Shown here: positions 1-9,927 of the stretch, piece by piece
How positions within the stretch are numbered: the stretch's first letter is position 1
Layout: every line of letters starts with the position of its first letter
Position numbers and translations under genes: made by a program
Origin: Candidatus Bathyarchaeia archaeon
GTDB lineage: Archaea > Thermoproteota > Bathyarchaeia > Bathyarchaeales > Bathycorpusculaceae
Assembly: GCA_038883775.1 (NCBI GenBank)
Contig: JAVZLM010000001.1
Coordinates: 1-64,000, forward strand
Direction of reading: 5' to 3'
Length of the DNA: 64,000 nucleotides
The notes under the pieces: generated by a model
Told to the model about the DNA's origin: nothing
Databases searched by the model: none
Seen by the model: the letters and a program-made list of their open reading frames with translations, nothing else

Positions 1-181
1 ATAATGTGTAAACTGCACGGTGGACGTTTGCGTTGTGGTTTTCGTAAAAGTTTTTGATGGCTTCGATTACTTGTTTTGGTTTTTGCGTGGTTGCTGCATT
101 GTCAAAGTATATGAGGGGATTGTTGTTTATTTTCCGCTTTAAAATTGGGAAGTCTTCCCGAATTTTGTATGGGTCCAGCAT
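1..181 (-). CDS. sufS: SufS-type cysteine desulfurase, N-terminal part (runs off the window edge)
   Basis: Not in the ORF track. Manual translation from ATG at 181: [60 protein letters not shown], the classic SufS N-terminus (R-x-[22 protein letters not shown]). The start overlaps the iscU stop (TAATG). Confidence 0.93.
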   Translation of the reverse strand, partial: MLDPYKIREDFPILKRKINNNPLIYFDNAATTQKPKQVIEAIKNFYENHNANVHRAVYTL

Positions 182-681
182 TATTTTTCCTCTGCTGTTT
201 TCAATCTTTTTTCGAGGATTTTGGCTAGTTCTTCTTCTTCTAAGGCTTGTTTTTCTTCGAAACTTAGATTTTCCGGCAGCCAAGAGGGGGAAACGCCTTT
301 GTTTTTATAATATTTTCTTATGGCTCTGTGGAGTGCACCGACGGCTAGGACGCCGCAGTGGAATTTTATGCTTGGCAATCCGCCGACGGCTTCGGCTACG
401 CTTTTCCATGAAGTTTTCCATGCATCTTCAAGTTTCATGCCTTTAATCATTTCGGTGAGGATGCTGGATGTGGCTATGTTTGCAGCACAACCATAACTTT
501 CAAACGAAGCCTTCTCAATAATTTCTTGCTCGTTTATTTTCAGATAGAAGGTTATCATATCTCCGCAGGCTGGGTTTCCAGCCACAGCCGTAACTGTGGC
601 GTCTTCCATTTTTCCAAGATTTTTCGGATTCCTAAATAGTTCAAGAACTTTTGGGTTGTAGGGTAATGGCATCCTCGACAT
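181..681 (-). CDS. iscU: IscU/NifU-type Fe-S cluster scaffold protein
   Basis: F-x-[21 protein letters not shown] and KFHC motifs give three Cys ligands; charged C-terminal extension. Confidence 0.93.
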   Translation of the reverse strand: MSRMPLPYNPKVLELFRNPKNLGKMEDATVTAVAGNPACGDMITFYLKINEQEIIEKASFESYGCAANIATSSILTEMIKGMKLEDAWKTSWKSVAEAVGGLPSIKFHCGVLAVGALHRAIRKYYKNKGVSPSWLPENLSFEEKQALEEEELAKILEKRLKTAEEK

Positions 682-682
682 T

Positions 683-1909
683 CTATTCCACTCCAGTAGC
701 GCCCGTTATCCCCCTTATTCTTTCTACAGCCTTTGGAATTACTTCCAAAACATAATTTATGTCTTCCCGAGTGTGATACCGTGTAACTTTCATTAGGATG
801 CTGCCGTGGGCTTCACTGTAAACTCGCCCTATGGCGACGAGAACGTGGCTGGGCTGGAGAATCCTTCGGGTGCATGCGCTTCCGCTTGAAACATAAACGC
901 CGTTTAGGCTTAATTCTATTGTTAGGGCTTCTCCTTCGCATCTTAAAAAGCTAATATTCACGTTGTCAGGCGCCCTTTTTTCGCCTTTCGGTCCATTAAG
1001 CCTAACATCTGTTATTTTCTCAATTATGCCGTCAATGAGTTGGTCTCTCAAAGCCTGCATATGCTTTACGTTTTCCTCAAAATTTCGGAAGGCAAGCTCG
1101 GAGGCTTTTGCAAAACCAACAATTAGAGGAGTATTTTCAATTCCAGGCCAAAGCTTTTGGGTTCCAATCTGCCCTTCCAAAATCCTTTCTAAGTTAACGC
1201 CTTCCTTAACGTATAAGGCGCCTATTCCCCTCGGTCCCAAAATCTTGTAGCTGCTTATGGTGGCTAAATCCACTCCTAAGGATTTTATGTCGATGGGAAT
1301 TTTTCCAAAGGCGTCTGACATGTCAGAGTGAAAGATTGCCTCTGGATTTTTGTCTTTTACAATTTTTAGGGCTTCTTTTATTGGTTGTATTGTTCCAATT
1401 TCATGATTAACAGCCGACAAGCTCACGAGGATTGTTTCTTTGTCTATGGCTTCTTTTAATTTTTCAAGGTTTAGGAAGCCTTCACTGTCAACGGGGATTT
1501 TGGTTGTGCTATAACCATATTTTTGGAGCAGTTCAGTAGTGGTATGTAAAATGCTTAGGGGTTCAATTTCGGAAATCACAATCTTTTTTCCTTTGTTTTT
1601 CATGGAAAAGGCTGTTCCAAGAAGTGCTAAATTGTTGGCTTCTGTTTCTCCTGGAGTAAAATTAACCTCCTCAAGGCTTTTACATCCCAAAAAATTGGCA
1701 ATTTTTTGTGTTGACTCCATTATTGTTTCGAAGGCTTCCCATCCTGGTTTATGCGTTAATGTAGGGTTGCCATAAGCCTTTTGGTTAAAGTATGGCAGCA
1801 TTGCTTCCACTATTTCTTTGGGAACCATGCTCGAGTTTTCGATGTCTAGGTATACTTCCCTTTTTATTCCTTCATGGGCTTTGAGGAGTTCTTTAACGTT
1901 TTCAATCAT
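683..1909 (-). CDS. IscS/NifS-like cysteine desulfurase family protein with a divergent active site
   Basis: YGNP, TEANN, EIGTIQP, SSYK..GP and SSGSACT motifs; several PLP/substrate residues are substituted (see findings). Confidence 0.85.
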   Translation of the reverse strand: MIENVKELLKAHEGIKREVYLDIENSSMVPKEIVEAMLPYFNQKAYGNPTLTHKPGWEAFETIMESTQKIANFLGCKSLEEVNFTPGETEANNLALLGTAFSMKNKGKKIVISEIEPLSILHTTTELLQKYGYSTTKIPVDSEGFLNLEKLKEAIDKETILVSLSAVNHEIGTIQPIKEALKIVKDKNPEAIFHSDMSDAFGKIPIDIKSLGVDLATISSYKILGPRGIGALYVKEGVNLERILEGQIGTQKLWPGIENTPLIVGFAKASELAFRNFEENVKHMQALRDQLIDGIIEKITDVRLNGPKGEKRAPDNVNISFLRCEGEALTIELSLNGVYVSSGSACTRRILQPSHVLVAIGRVYSEAHGSILMKVTRYHTREDINYVLEVIPKAVERIRGITGATGVE

Positions 1910-2193
1910 AACCTTTCAAGTCCTATTTTTCAACAATTTATAGGCTTCAGCTTATAGAAAAGGCATTTGGCTCTGCACGATAGCTAAACATGATTTTTTT
2001 TATGGAATTTGGACAGTTTTCCAGCTTTATTTTCCCTACCCCTCCCCTCTATAGATTTCAATCGCGTACCAAGGTCAAGTTTAAAAAAACAGAGCAAAGC
2101 TAAATTGAATACCCCCTCTCTATAAAATTTTAACAACCAAACCCCAAAAAAATTAAAAAGAAAAATTTTAGATATATAAAAGAGGTAATTCGT

Positions 2194-2601
2194 TTGTCTG
2201 AAAGAGAATTAAGAAAATTATTTTTAGGAGAAGAAAAACGAAAAACTCGAGGCAAAATTCCTAGGCACATAAAAGACCAGGTCTGGAAGGTATATATAGG
2301 TGCAGAGAAAGCGGAAGGCAAATGTTATGTTTGTGGAAGAACGATACATATTACTGATTTTGAAGTAGGACATAATAAAGCTGTGGCTAAAGGGGGTTCT
2401 GACCACCTCGACAATTTAAGACCTATTTGTAGAGGTTGTAACTTAGCTATGGGAACTATGTCAATTGAAGCTTTTAAAAGGAAATACTTTCTAAAGCCTA
2501 CAAAGAAGAAGGTTTCAAAGAAAGGAGTAAAGACAAAAAGAAGAAACAAGAAAAGACCCGAAACGCTAATCGAGAAGGTGAGAAAAGATTTTTTCGGATA
2601 G
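2194..2601 (+). CDS. HNH endonuclease with a basic C-terminal tail
   Basis: CYVCG...FEVGH...GGSD..DNL.PICRGCN HNH/Zn motif; GAGGT RBS before the TTG start; AT-rich. Confidence 0.85.
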   Translation: MSERELRKLFLGEEKRKTRGKIPRHIKDQVWKVYIGAEKAEGKCYVCGRTIHITDFEVGHNKAVAKGGSDHLDNLRPICRGCNLAMGTMSIEAFKRKYFLKPTKKKVSKKGVKTKRRNKKRPETLIEKVRKDFFG

Positions 2602-2678
2602 CATTAAAACACAATTTGAATAAGCTGTCAGATAAATCAAACTGAAACTGTACTTAAACTCGGTTTAAATTCTCGGTG

Positions 2679-2852
2679 TTAGTTGTTTGGTTGGATGATG
2701 CGTGGAATCCTTTGTTCTCTTTCGTTTCTCAGATACTTTGCGAATGGTAGAGCTTCTTCATTTGTGAGTGTTTCTATTTGTTGTTTTGAGCCATGTCTTA
2801 TTCTGGATATTTGAATTTTGAAGCCAAACAGCCGATTAAAAGAATAGCCCAT
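2679..2852 (-). pseudogene. Probable remnant of the C-terminus of an archaeal stand-alone (casposon-type) Cas1
   Basis: 57-codon frame MGYSFNRLFGFKIQISRIRHGSKQQIETLTNEEALPFAKYLRNEREQRIPRIIQPNN. It resembles, from memory, the Cas1-solo tail (IPRIRHG.KQTIETLINEEALLFAKYLRNE...W.PRI). There is an in-frame stop just upstream. Confidence 0.5.
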
Positions 2853-2922
2853 TTGCGTAATGTTTTAAATTAGTGTTTTCTTTATTGTGCAGTAGAAAAG
2901 GCGTTGAAATAGGCGTGTTCAA

Positions 2923-5154
2923 GTGAAGATTGTAGATTTGCCAATTCCAGAGTCCGTTAAGGAAATTCTAATTAAGTCTGGAATTGTGGAGCTTTATCCA
3001 CCACAAGAAGAAGCCATAAAAGCCGGCGCCCTTGAGGGACGAAATCTTGTTTTGGCAAGTCCCACGGCTTCTGGAAAAACTTTGGTGGCGGAATTTTGCG
3101 CTTTAAAGCATATTCTGGAGAAAAATGGAAAAGTCATTTATTTAACGCCTTTGAGGGCTTTGGCTAACGAAAAATTTGACGAATTCAAAAAATACACAGC
3201 CATAAAAAAAGATGATGGCAGACGCTTGAGAGTGGGCATAAGCACGGGCGATTTTGACAGCAGCGACCCATGGCTAGAGCGCTATGACATAATCATAACC
3301 ACAAATGAGAAGGCTGATTCGCTTTTGAGGCATAGAGCCAAGTGGATGGATGAGATTTCGCTTGTTGTGGCTGATGAGGTGCACTTGTTGAATGATGCTA
3401 AGCGGGGTCCAACTTTGGAGGTGGTTTTGGCAAGGCTTATGCAGATTAATCCAGACATTCAAGTTTTGGCTTTAAGCGCAACAATAAACAATGTTGAAGA
3501 AATTGCAGAGTGGCTTAAGGCAGACTATGTCACAACAGAGTGGAGACCAATACTTCTAAAAGAAGGCGTCCTCCTACACGAAGAAATCCAGTTTAGGGAT
3601 GGAGACGCCCGCAAAATAGAAAAAGAAACCAGAAATCCAGCCATAAATTTGGCATTAAACACCATAAAGTCTGGCGGTCAAGCCTTAATTTTTGCTGCAA
3701 CCCGCAAGAACGCAGTTATGCTAGCCAAAAAAGTCGCGGGCGAAATTGAACAAGTTTTGTCTAAACCAATAAAACGTGCTTTGGAACATGAAGCAGAAAG
3801 GATTCTGGCGGCAGGCGAAAAAACTAGAATAAGCGAGTTGCTTGCTGAACTTGTTAAACGTGGCACAGCCTTCCATCATGCTGGTTTGGGCGGAACCCAC
3901 CGCAAATTAATAGAGGATTCTTTCCGAGAGGGAAAGATTAAGGTTTTAACTGCAACGCCGACTTTGGCTTTCGGCGTGAACCTTCCGGCAAGAACCGTTG
4001 TAATTCAAGATTATAGACGCTACGAGCCTGGATATGGTTACTATCCAATAAGCGTTTTAGAATACAAACAAATGGCTGGCAGAGCCGGAAGACCAAAATA
4101 TGACAAAGTCGGCGAAGCCATACTTACGGCAAAAACTGCAGACGAATCAGACTATTTAATGGAAAGCTACATCTTAGCAAAACCAGAACGCATATGGTCA
4201 AGGCTTGCTGTTGAAAGAATTTTAAGGTCTCATGTTTTAGCTACAATTGCCGCAGATTTCGCCCACACAGAACGCGGAATATACGACTTTTTCGGAAGAA
4301 CCTTCTATGCCTATCAATATGAAACAAGCACCATTAAGGGCATAATAGCAAAAATTCTCAAGTACCTTTACGATGAGGAAATGATAGACGTTAGCGGAGA
4401 AAACATTTACGCAACAAAATTCGGAAAACGAGTAAGCGAATTATACATAGACCCAGTTTCAGCAGTTATAATACGCAATGCACTACGAAGAAGACCAGCA
4501 TACATAACAGACTTAAGCTTACTCCACATGATCGCTCACACCCCAGACATGGGGCCAATAATGAGACCCTACTCTCGCGAGTTGGATGCAATAGCCGTTT
4601 TCATGGAAGAACACAAGCCAGAGTTTCTGATAGAAGTGCCAGACGAATGGGAAGACCGCATAGCATACGAACAATTTCTGGGCGAAGTAAAAACAGCCAT
4701 GGTTTTAAACGGATGGATAGAAGAGATGACGGAAGACGAAATAATCGAAAGATTCAGGACGCAACCAGGCGACCTATATAGGATAATTGAAAATGCAAAA
4801 TGGCTCTTGTACGCAACACATGAGTTAGCCTCACTTTTCGGCAACAAAGAAATCCTCCCAAAAACAGCAGAACTCATGGAAAGAGTCGAAAAAGGAGTAA
4901 AGAAAGAACTACTGCCCATAGTCAAACTTGAAGGCGTCGGCAGAATCCGCGGACGCATACTATACAATTCTGGATACAAAACAATAGAAGACATAAAACT
5001 TGCATCCATAGAAGACTTAATGAACTTACCGCTAATAGGACCCAAACTGGCAAAGAAAATAAAGGAACAAGTCGGCGGCTTCGTGAAAAAGGAAACATGG
5101 GAAAAACTTGAAAAAGAAGAAATATGGAAGCAGAAGGCTTTAACCGAATATTAA
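2923..5154 (+). CDS. hel308: Hel308/Hjm Ski2-like SF2 DNA helicase
   Basis: LYPPQ, PTASGKT, DEVH, LSAT, FHHAGL, QMAGRAGRP motifs; C-terminal GVGRIRGR HhH. Confidence 0.95.
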   Translation: MKIVDLPIPESVKEILIKSGIVELYPPQEEAIKAGALEGRNLVLASPTASGKTLVAEFCALKHILEKNGKVIYLTPLRALANEKFDEFKKYTAIKKDDGRRLRVGISTGDFDSSDPWLERYDIIITTNEKADSLLRHRAKWMDEISLVVADEVHLLNDAKRGPTLEVVLARLMQINPDIQVLALSATINNVEEIAEWLKADYVTTEWRPILLKEGVLLHEEIQFRDGDARKIEKETRNPAINLALNTIKSGGQALIFAATRKNAVMLAKKVAGEIEQVLSKPIKRALEHEAERILAAGEKTRISELLAELVKRGTAFHHAGLGGTHRKLIEDSFREGKIKVLTATPTLAFGVNLPARTVVIQDYRRYEPGYGYYPISVLEYKQMAGRAGRPKYDKVGEAILTAKTADESDYLMESYILAKPERIWSRLAVERILRSHVLATIAADFAHTERGIYDFFGRTFYAYQYETSTIKGIIAKILKYLYDEEMIDVSGENIYATKFGKRVSELYIDPVSAVIIRNALRRRPAYITDLSLLHMIAHTPDMGPIMRPYSRELDAIAVFMEEHKPEFLIEVPDEWEDRIAYEQFLGEVKTAMVLNGWIEEMTEDEIIERFRTQPGDLYRIIENAKWLLYATHELASLFGNKEILPKTAELMERVEKGVKKELLPIVKLEGVGRIRGRILYNSGYKTIEDIKLASIEDLMNLPLIGPKLAKKIKEQVGGFVKKETWEKLEKEEIWKQKALTEY

Positions 5155-5169
5155 GCTTTAAAACATAAC

Positions 5170-6573
5170 ATGTGGCGAGACAAGTTGTGGGCAGATAACA
5201 TTTATAAAAAATTATGTGATGTTGTTGGAAAAGATTTTGTTATAACCGATAAAGAAGCAATGTTAGACTATTTAGTTGATGAAACCTGTCCAACAGTACG
5301 CCCCAAACCAGCAGAACATTTGATTCTTGTTAAGCCTAAAAATGCCAACGAAATATCTAACATTATCAGGCTTGCCAATGAAGAGAAGATTCCAGTTTTT
5401 CCAAGAGGTTCTGGAACAGGACTTGTTGGAGGCGCTATCCCAACCGAAGACGGTATAATCCTTTCCTTAGAGAGGTTGGATAAGATTGTTGAAATAGATA
5501 AGGAAAACCTTATGGCAGTTGTTGAAGCTGGAGTGCCTTTCTCAATGCTTAATGCAGAAGCAGAAAAACACGGTCTATTCTTTCCCCCTCATCCAGGCGA
5601 AGAAAGTGCCCAAATGGGAGGCGTTACCGCCTGCAACGCGGGTGGAGTAAGATGCGTTAAATATGGGGTGATGAGGGATTACGTGAAAGGTATAGAAGTT
5701 GTGTTGCCAACTGGAGAAATACTAACTCTTGGAGGAAAACTGCTTAAGGATGTGACTGGCTACAGTCTCCTTCACCTTCTCATAGGAAGCAGTGGCACTT
5801 TAGGGATTATAACCAAAGTAGTTGTTAGACTCTATCCAAAACCCAAAACAACCGCATCGCTTCTAATATCCTATAACGATAGACGTGAAGCAGTCAAAAC
5901 CGTACCTGAAATTTTAAGAGGGGGGATAACACCGTTGGCTGTAGAGTACATGGAAAGGGAATTAATAGAATTCTCCGCAAGAAAAATTGGCAAAATATGG
6001 CCACTTACAAAGGGCACCGTTTTTCTCTACATAATTATTGAAGGAAATAGCGAAGAAAACGTTTACCACGAAGCCGAAAAAATTTACGCGATCTGCCAAA
6101 AACATAACGCCATGGACGGATTAATCGAAACAAGCAAAAGAAAACAAGAAGATTTGCTAGCCATAAGAAGCAACATATACACGGCATTAAAACCCAATTT
6201 AGTAGACATTCTAGACATATCCTTGCCAATAGCTAATATAGCTAAAATGTTAGACGCCTTAGACGGAATTGCAAGAAAACATCAAGTTCGCATTCTTACA
6301 TGTGGACATGTTGCAGATGGCAACCTCCACCCGCACATATTATGCGAAAAATTTGACGAAGCAAAAATGGAAGATTTTGAAAAAATAAAGAGAGAAATTT
6401 ACTATGAAGCTAAAAGTTTGGGAGGCGTAATAACTGGAGAACATGGAATAGGGAAAATTAGAACGTCATTTTTGTCCGAAATGTTAAGTGAAAAAGAAAT
6501 AGAGATTATGAAGGCGATTAAAAGGGTTTTTGACCCAAAGAATATACTTAATCCAGGAGCAGTCTTACCTTAA
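5170..6573 (+). CDS. FAD-linked oxidase/dehydrogenase (GlcD / D-lactate dehydrogenase family)
   Basis: PRGSGTGLVGG, NAGG...KYG, GH..DGNLH, GEHGIG, FDPKNILNPG. Confidence 0.9.
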   Translation: MWRDKLWADNIYKKLCDVVGKDFVITDKEAMLDYLVDETCPTVRPKPAEHLILVKPKNANEISNIIRLANEEKIPVFPRGSGTGLVGGAIPTEDGIILSLERLDKIVEIDKENLMAVVEAGVPFSMLNAEAEKHGLFFPPHPGEESAQMGGVTACNAGGVRCVKYGVMRDYVKGIEVVLPTGEILTLGGKLLKDVTGYSLLHLLIGSSGTLGIITKVVVRLYPKPKTTASLLISYNDRREAVKTVPEILRGGITPLAVEYMERELIEFSARKIGKIWPLTKGTVFLYIIIEGNSEENVYHEAEKIYAICQKHNAMDGLIETSKRKQEDLLAIRSNIYTALKPNLVDILDISLPIANIAKMLDALDGIARKHQVRILTCGHVADGNLHPHILCEKFDEAKMEDFEKIKREIYYEAKSLGGVITGEHGIGKIRTSFLSEMLSEKEIEIMKAIKRVFDPKNILNPGAVLP

Positions 6574-6576
6574 AAA

Positions 6577-7953
6577 TTAAGAGTATTTGGAAAGCTCTCT
6601 CGCCTTTCTTTCCTTCCTTGTTTTTTCAACAATAATTTCAACCTGCTCTATGGCTGTGCCCAAATAGTTTTTAGGATTCAAAACCTCATCAATTTCCTTT
6701 TCACTCAATTTTTCACGTACAACATTGTTTTCCAACAAAATTTCCCTAAAATGTCGTTTTTCTGCTTCGCTTTTTATAGTTAGTTTTCTTAGGAGTTCGT
6801 GAGCTTCTTGTCGGTTCATTCCCTTCCGTGTTAATGCGATCATAACTGCTTCAGACATGGCGCGCCCTTGAGTTAATTCGATGTTTTTTAGCATTCTTTT
6901 TTCGTCAACACGCAAGTTAGCCACAATGTTAGTCATTAAGAAAAGCATGTAATCAACTAAAATGCATGTTTCGGGAATTATGAAACGCTCTGCTGAGGAT
7001 TGGGTTAAATCCCGCTCATGCCAAGTCACAACATTCTCCAAGGCTGGAACAACGAGGCTTCGAACAATTCTTGCTAAACCGCAAATTCTTTCGCATGTTT
7101 CTGGATTCCTTTTATGAGGCATCGTTGAGCTGCCAACCTGCCTTTCCACCTCAAAGGGTTCGAAAAGTTCGCCGATTTCTGGTCTTTGAAGTTCCCGAAT
7201 TTCTGTGGCAAAATTGTCAAGAGACGAAGCAATCAAGGCTAATAAGCATACGAGTTCTGCATGGCGGTCTCTCTGCACAATTTGCGTGGAAATATCAGCC
7301 GCTTTAATGCCAAGCCTCTGCATAACAAGCTCCTGAATTCGCATGGCATTAGCGCCTAGACCAGCTTGAGTTCCAACAGCTCCGCTCATTTTTCCAGCTA
7401 AAACCCGCTCCTTACCTTGTCTAATTCTTTGAATGTGCCGTGAAATTTCCCGCATCCAAACCGCAAACTTGAAGCCTAACGTTATGGGTAAGGCATGTTG
7501 TCCATGCGTTCTGCCCATCATCAACGTATTCTTATACTGCAAAGCCTTTTCCAACAAAACCTTCTCAAACTCATCCAATCTTTTCTCAATCAATTCCAGC
7601 GCATCCTTTAGCTGGAGGGCTATGGCTGTGTCAACAATGTCATAACTCGTGGCTCCAAGGTGAACGTAAGCTCCGCTTGGTCCGCATGCTTCTGCTAGAA
7701 CCCTAACTAAAGCTGCAACGTCATGCTTTATTTCACGCTCAATCTCCTTTATCCTACCTAATTTAACATGCTTTAAGGAAGCCATAGCCGCAATTTTCTC
7801 TGCATCCTCTCGCGGTATGTTTCCAGCTTCAGCATGCGCCAAAGCCAAGGCTGCTTCAACATCAAGCATCTTTTGGACGCGCGTTTCCTCTTCAAAGATT
7901 TTTCTCATTTCAGCAGTTCCGTAACGTCCAGTGTCAATTGGGAGAATTGGCAA
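6577..7953 (-). CDS. purB: Adenylosuccinate lyase
   Basis: HLGATS.D, GRTHGQHA, GSSTMPHKRNP signature. Confidence 0.96.
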   Translation of the reverse strand: MPILPIDTGRYGTAEMRKIFEEETRVQKMLDVEAALALAHAEAGNIPREDAEKIAAMASLKHVKLGRIKEIEREIKHDVAALVRVLAEACGPSGAYVHLGATSYDIVDTAIALQLKDALELIEKRLDEFEKVLLEKALQYKNTLMMGRTHGQHALPITLGFKFAVWMREISRHIQRIRQGKERVLAGKMSGAVGTQAGLGANAMRIQELVMQRLGIKAADISTQIVQRDRHAELVCLLALIASSLDNFATEIRELQRPEIGELFEPFEVERQVGSSTMPHKRNPETCERICGLARIVRSLVVPALENVVTWHERDLTQSSAERFIIPETCILVDYMLFLMTNIVANLRVDEKRMLKNIELTQGRAMSEAVMIALTRKGMNRQEAHELLRKLTIKSEAEKRHFREILLENNVVREKLSEKEIDEVLNPKNYLGTAIEQVEIIVEKTRKERKARELSKYS

Positions 7954-8018
7954 ATTTAATCACCGTTAAGAATTAGTAAATTAAGGGATAAATGCTTATT
8001 TGATTTTAGTAAACGCTG

Positions 8019-9806
8019 TTATTTCAAATGTTTCATCATAAAGGTCACTACATGTTTATACTGCCTAACCATATTACCGATTTTTTGGGGTCCATGGCCC
8101 TCATTTTCTATCACATGGAATTCATGAGGTTTCTTCAACTCTTTTAGCTTTTTCACAAATCTTTCTATGGGTTTTAGTGGGCAGCGGGAATCGTTTGCCC
8201 TATGCCAAATGAGAATTGGGCTCTTAATTTGGTGAACAAAGTTTATGGCTGACCTATCTCGAAACAGTTCCGGATTTTCTTCAGGTTTACCGAGGAGCTC
8301 CTCGATGAAACCCCTAAAGGCTGCGTCAGAAAGCTCGTACATCTCCTTCCAATCTGTTACTCCTACTATGGCTGCTCCAGCTTTCCAAAGTTCCGGAACT
8401 TTTGTCATGGCTAGGAATGTCATAAAACCTCCATAACTAGCACCAGCAATAGCTATTTTTTCGTCTTCCACAAACCCGCTATTCAGCAAAAATTTGACCC
8501 CGAAAACAATATCTTGTAGGTCTCCACCACCCGGATCTTTGATATTCATCCTTTCAAACTCAGCGCCATAACCTGTACTGCCTCTAAAGTTGGGACAGAA
8601 AACATGGAAACCACCAACGCAAAGGGCTTGTATTGCTGCATTCCATTCATCAGCCACCTCCCACCATGGACCGCCGTGAGGCCAAATAATGCAGGGTCTC
8701 GGCTTTTTTGAACCTTTAGCAAAGAGCATGAATGCGGGTATTTCAAGTCCATCGAATGATTTGTAGGTGAGGAATTCGGCTTTTCCTAAAGGTATGTTTT
8801 CATCATATGCATATTTATACACGGTTGTTAACTTCTTTGTTTTCAGATCCAATTTTGAGAGGATGGGTGGTTGCGAAAGGGATGACCAGGAAAATATGAA
8901 GAAGGAGTCGGTTGGATCAAGTTTTATGTTGCTTATTCTTCCAGTTGGAATGGGAAGCTCGACGGGTTTGTCGCCTATTTTTTGTAAGTAAAGTTTTGTT
9001 CTGCCATTTTTGGCAGCCACAAACCATAAGGCTTTCCCATCATTTGTCCAATTATAGAAGGGAAAGTCGCCTCCAAGTTTAGACAATCCACAGTATGTTA
9101 GAGCCTTTGATGTTGCGTTGTAAATGGCTAAATCATAATAGCCAAGCGCATTTGTTTTGAAAAGAACTTGGTCGTTTTTTGGGTTCCATTTTGGCGACGT
9201 GTTTTCGCTGCCTGGTTTAGGCGTGTAAACGTCAGCTTTTTTGTCTGTCAAGTCTAAAAGGAGCAATTCAGCCGATTTTGGTTTGTCTGTGGTCTTTGCA
9301 GAAGCCACTACTTTTTTGGAATCTTTAGACCAGTAAGGCGAGAAGATCCAATCCTTATTCTTATATAACATTTGGCAGCTACGAGACTCAACGTCGAAAA
9401 GCCATAGAAAATTAGCTTCAAGTGTGGAGCCTGTTAGGGCTATTCCTTTTCCAGACGGAGACCATGCAAAATCGAAAACCCTCACATTTTCAAGTTTTGA
9501 AATTTGTTCTTCTTGCTTTTGACCTGTTATAGGCGCCAAGAACAATTGATGCCGTTCAGCACCGCCAAAATCCCTTGAAAACACTACGTTTTTAGAGTCT
9601 GGTGAGATTTCAGCGAATGCGACACGCTGGTCACCGTGAGAAACTTGGTTTGTGTCGCCTCTCTGTATGTCAATAGACCAAAGCTGGTAAGAACCAGAAA
9701 CATTAGAAAGGAAGAGGGCAAATCTCCCATTTTTTGAAAGGTCGACAAGCCCAAGGTCTGGAATCTTTAAAACTTTCTCCACATCATCAAGAATCTGTTC
9801 AGCCAT
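8019..9806 (-). CDS. S9 family (acylaminoacyl/prolyl oligo)peptidase with a beta-propeller
   Basis: HGGP, NFRGSTGYG, GASYGG nucleophile, D and H of the triad (NDSRC, EGHG). Start placed at the internal ATG (MAEQIL). Confidence 0.9.
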   Translation of the reverse strand: MAEQILDDVEKVLKIPDLGLVDLSKNGRFALFLSNVSGSYQLWSIDIQRGDTNQVSHGDQRVAFAEISPDSKNVVFSRDFGGAERHQLFLAPITGQKQEEQISKLENVRVFDFAWSPSGKGIALTGSTLEANFLWLFDVESRSCQMLYKNKDWIFSPYWSKDSKKVVASAKTTDKPKSAELLLLDLTDKKADVYTPKPGSENTSPKWNPKNDQVLFKTNALGYYDLAIYNATSKALTYCGLSKLGGDFPFYNWTNDGKALWFVAAKNGRTKLYLQKIGDKPVELPIPTGRISNIKLDPTDSFFIFSWSSLSQPPILSKLDLKTKKLTTVYKYAYDENIPLGKAEFLTYKSFDGLEIPAFMLFAKGSKKPRPCIIWPHGGPWWEVADEWNAAIQALCVGGFHVFCPNFRGSTGYGAEFERMNIKDPGGGDLQDIVFGVKFLLNSGFVEDEKIAIAGASYGGFMTFLAMTKVPELWKAGAAIVGVTDWKEMYELSDAAFRGFIEELLGKPEENPELFRDRSAINFVHQIKSPILIWHRANDSRCPLKPIERFVKKLKELKKPHEFHVIENEGHGPQKIGNMVRQYKHVVTFMMKHLK

Positions 9807-9927
9807 ATTAATCCCTATCATGTGGATTATGGATTTAATATTTAAGGGCTTACATACAAAGCTGGCGAGACAATAAAAGATTAATGTTAACAAAACAATA
9901 GTTCAACAAAAACATTAGGTTCTTCTC

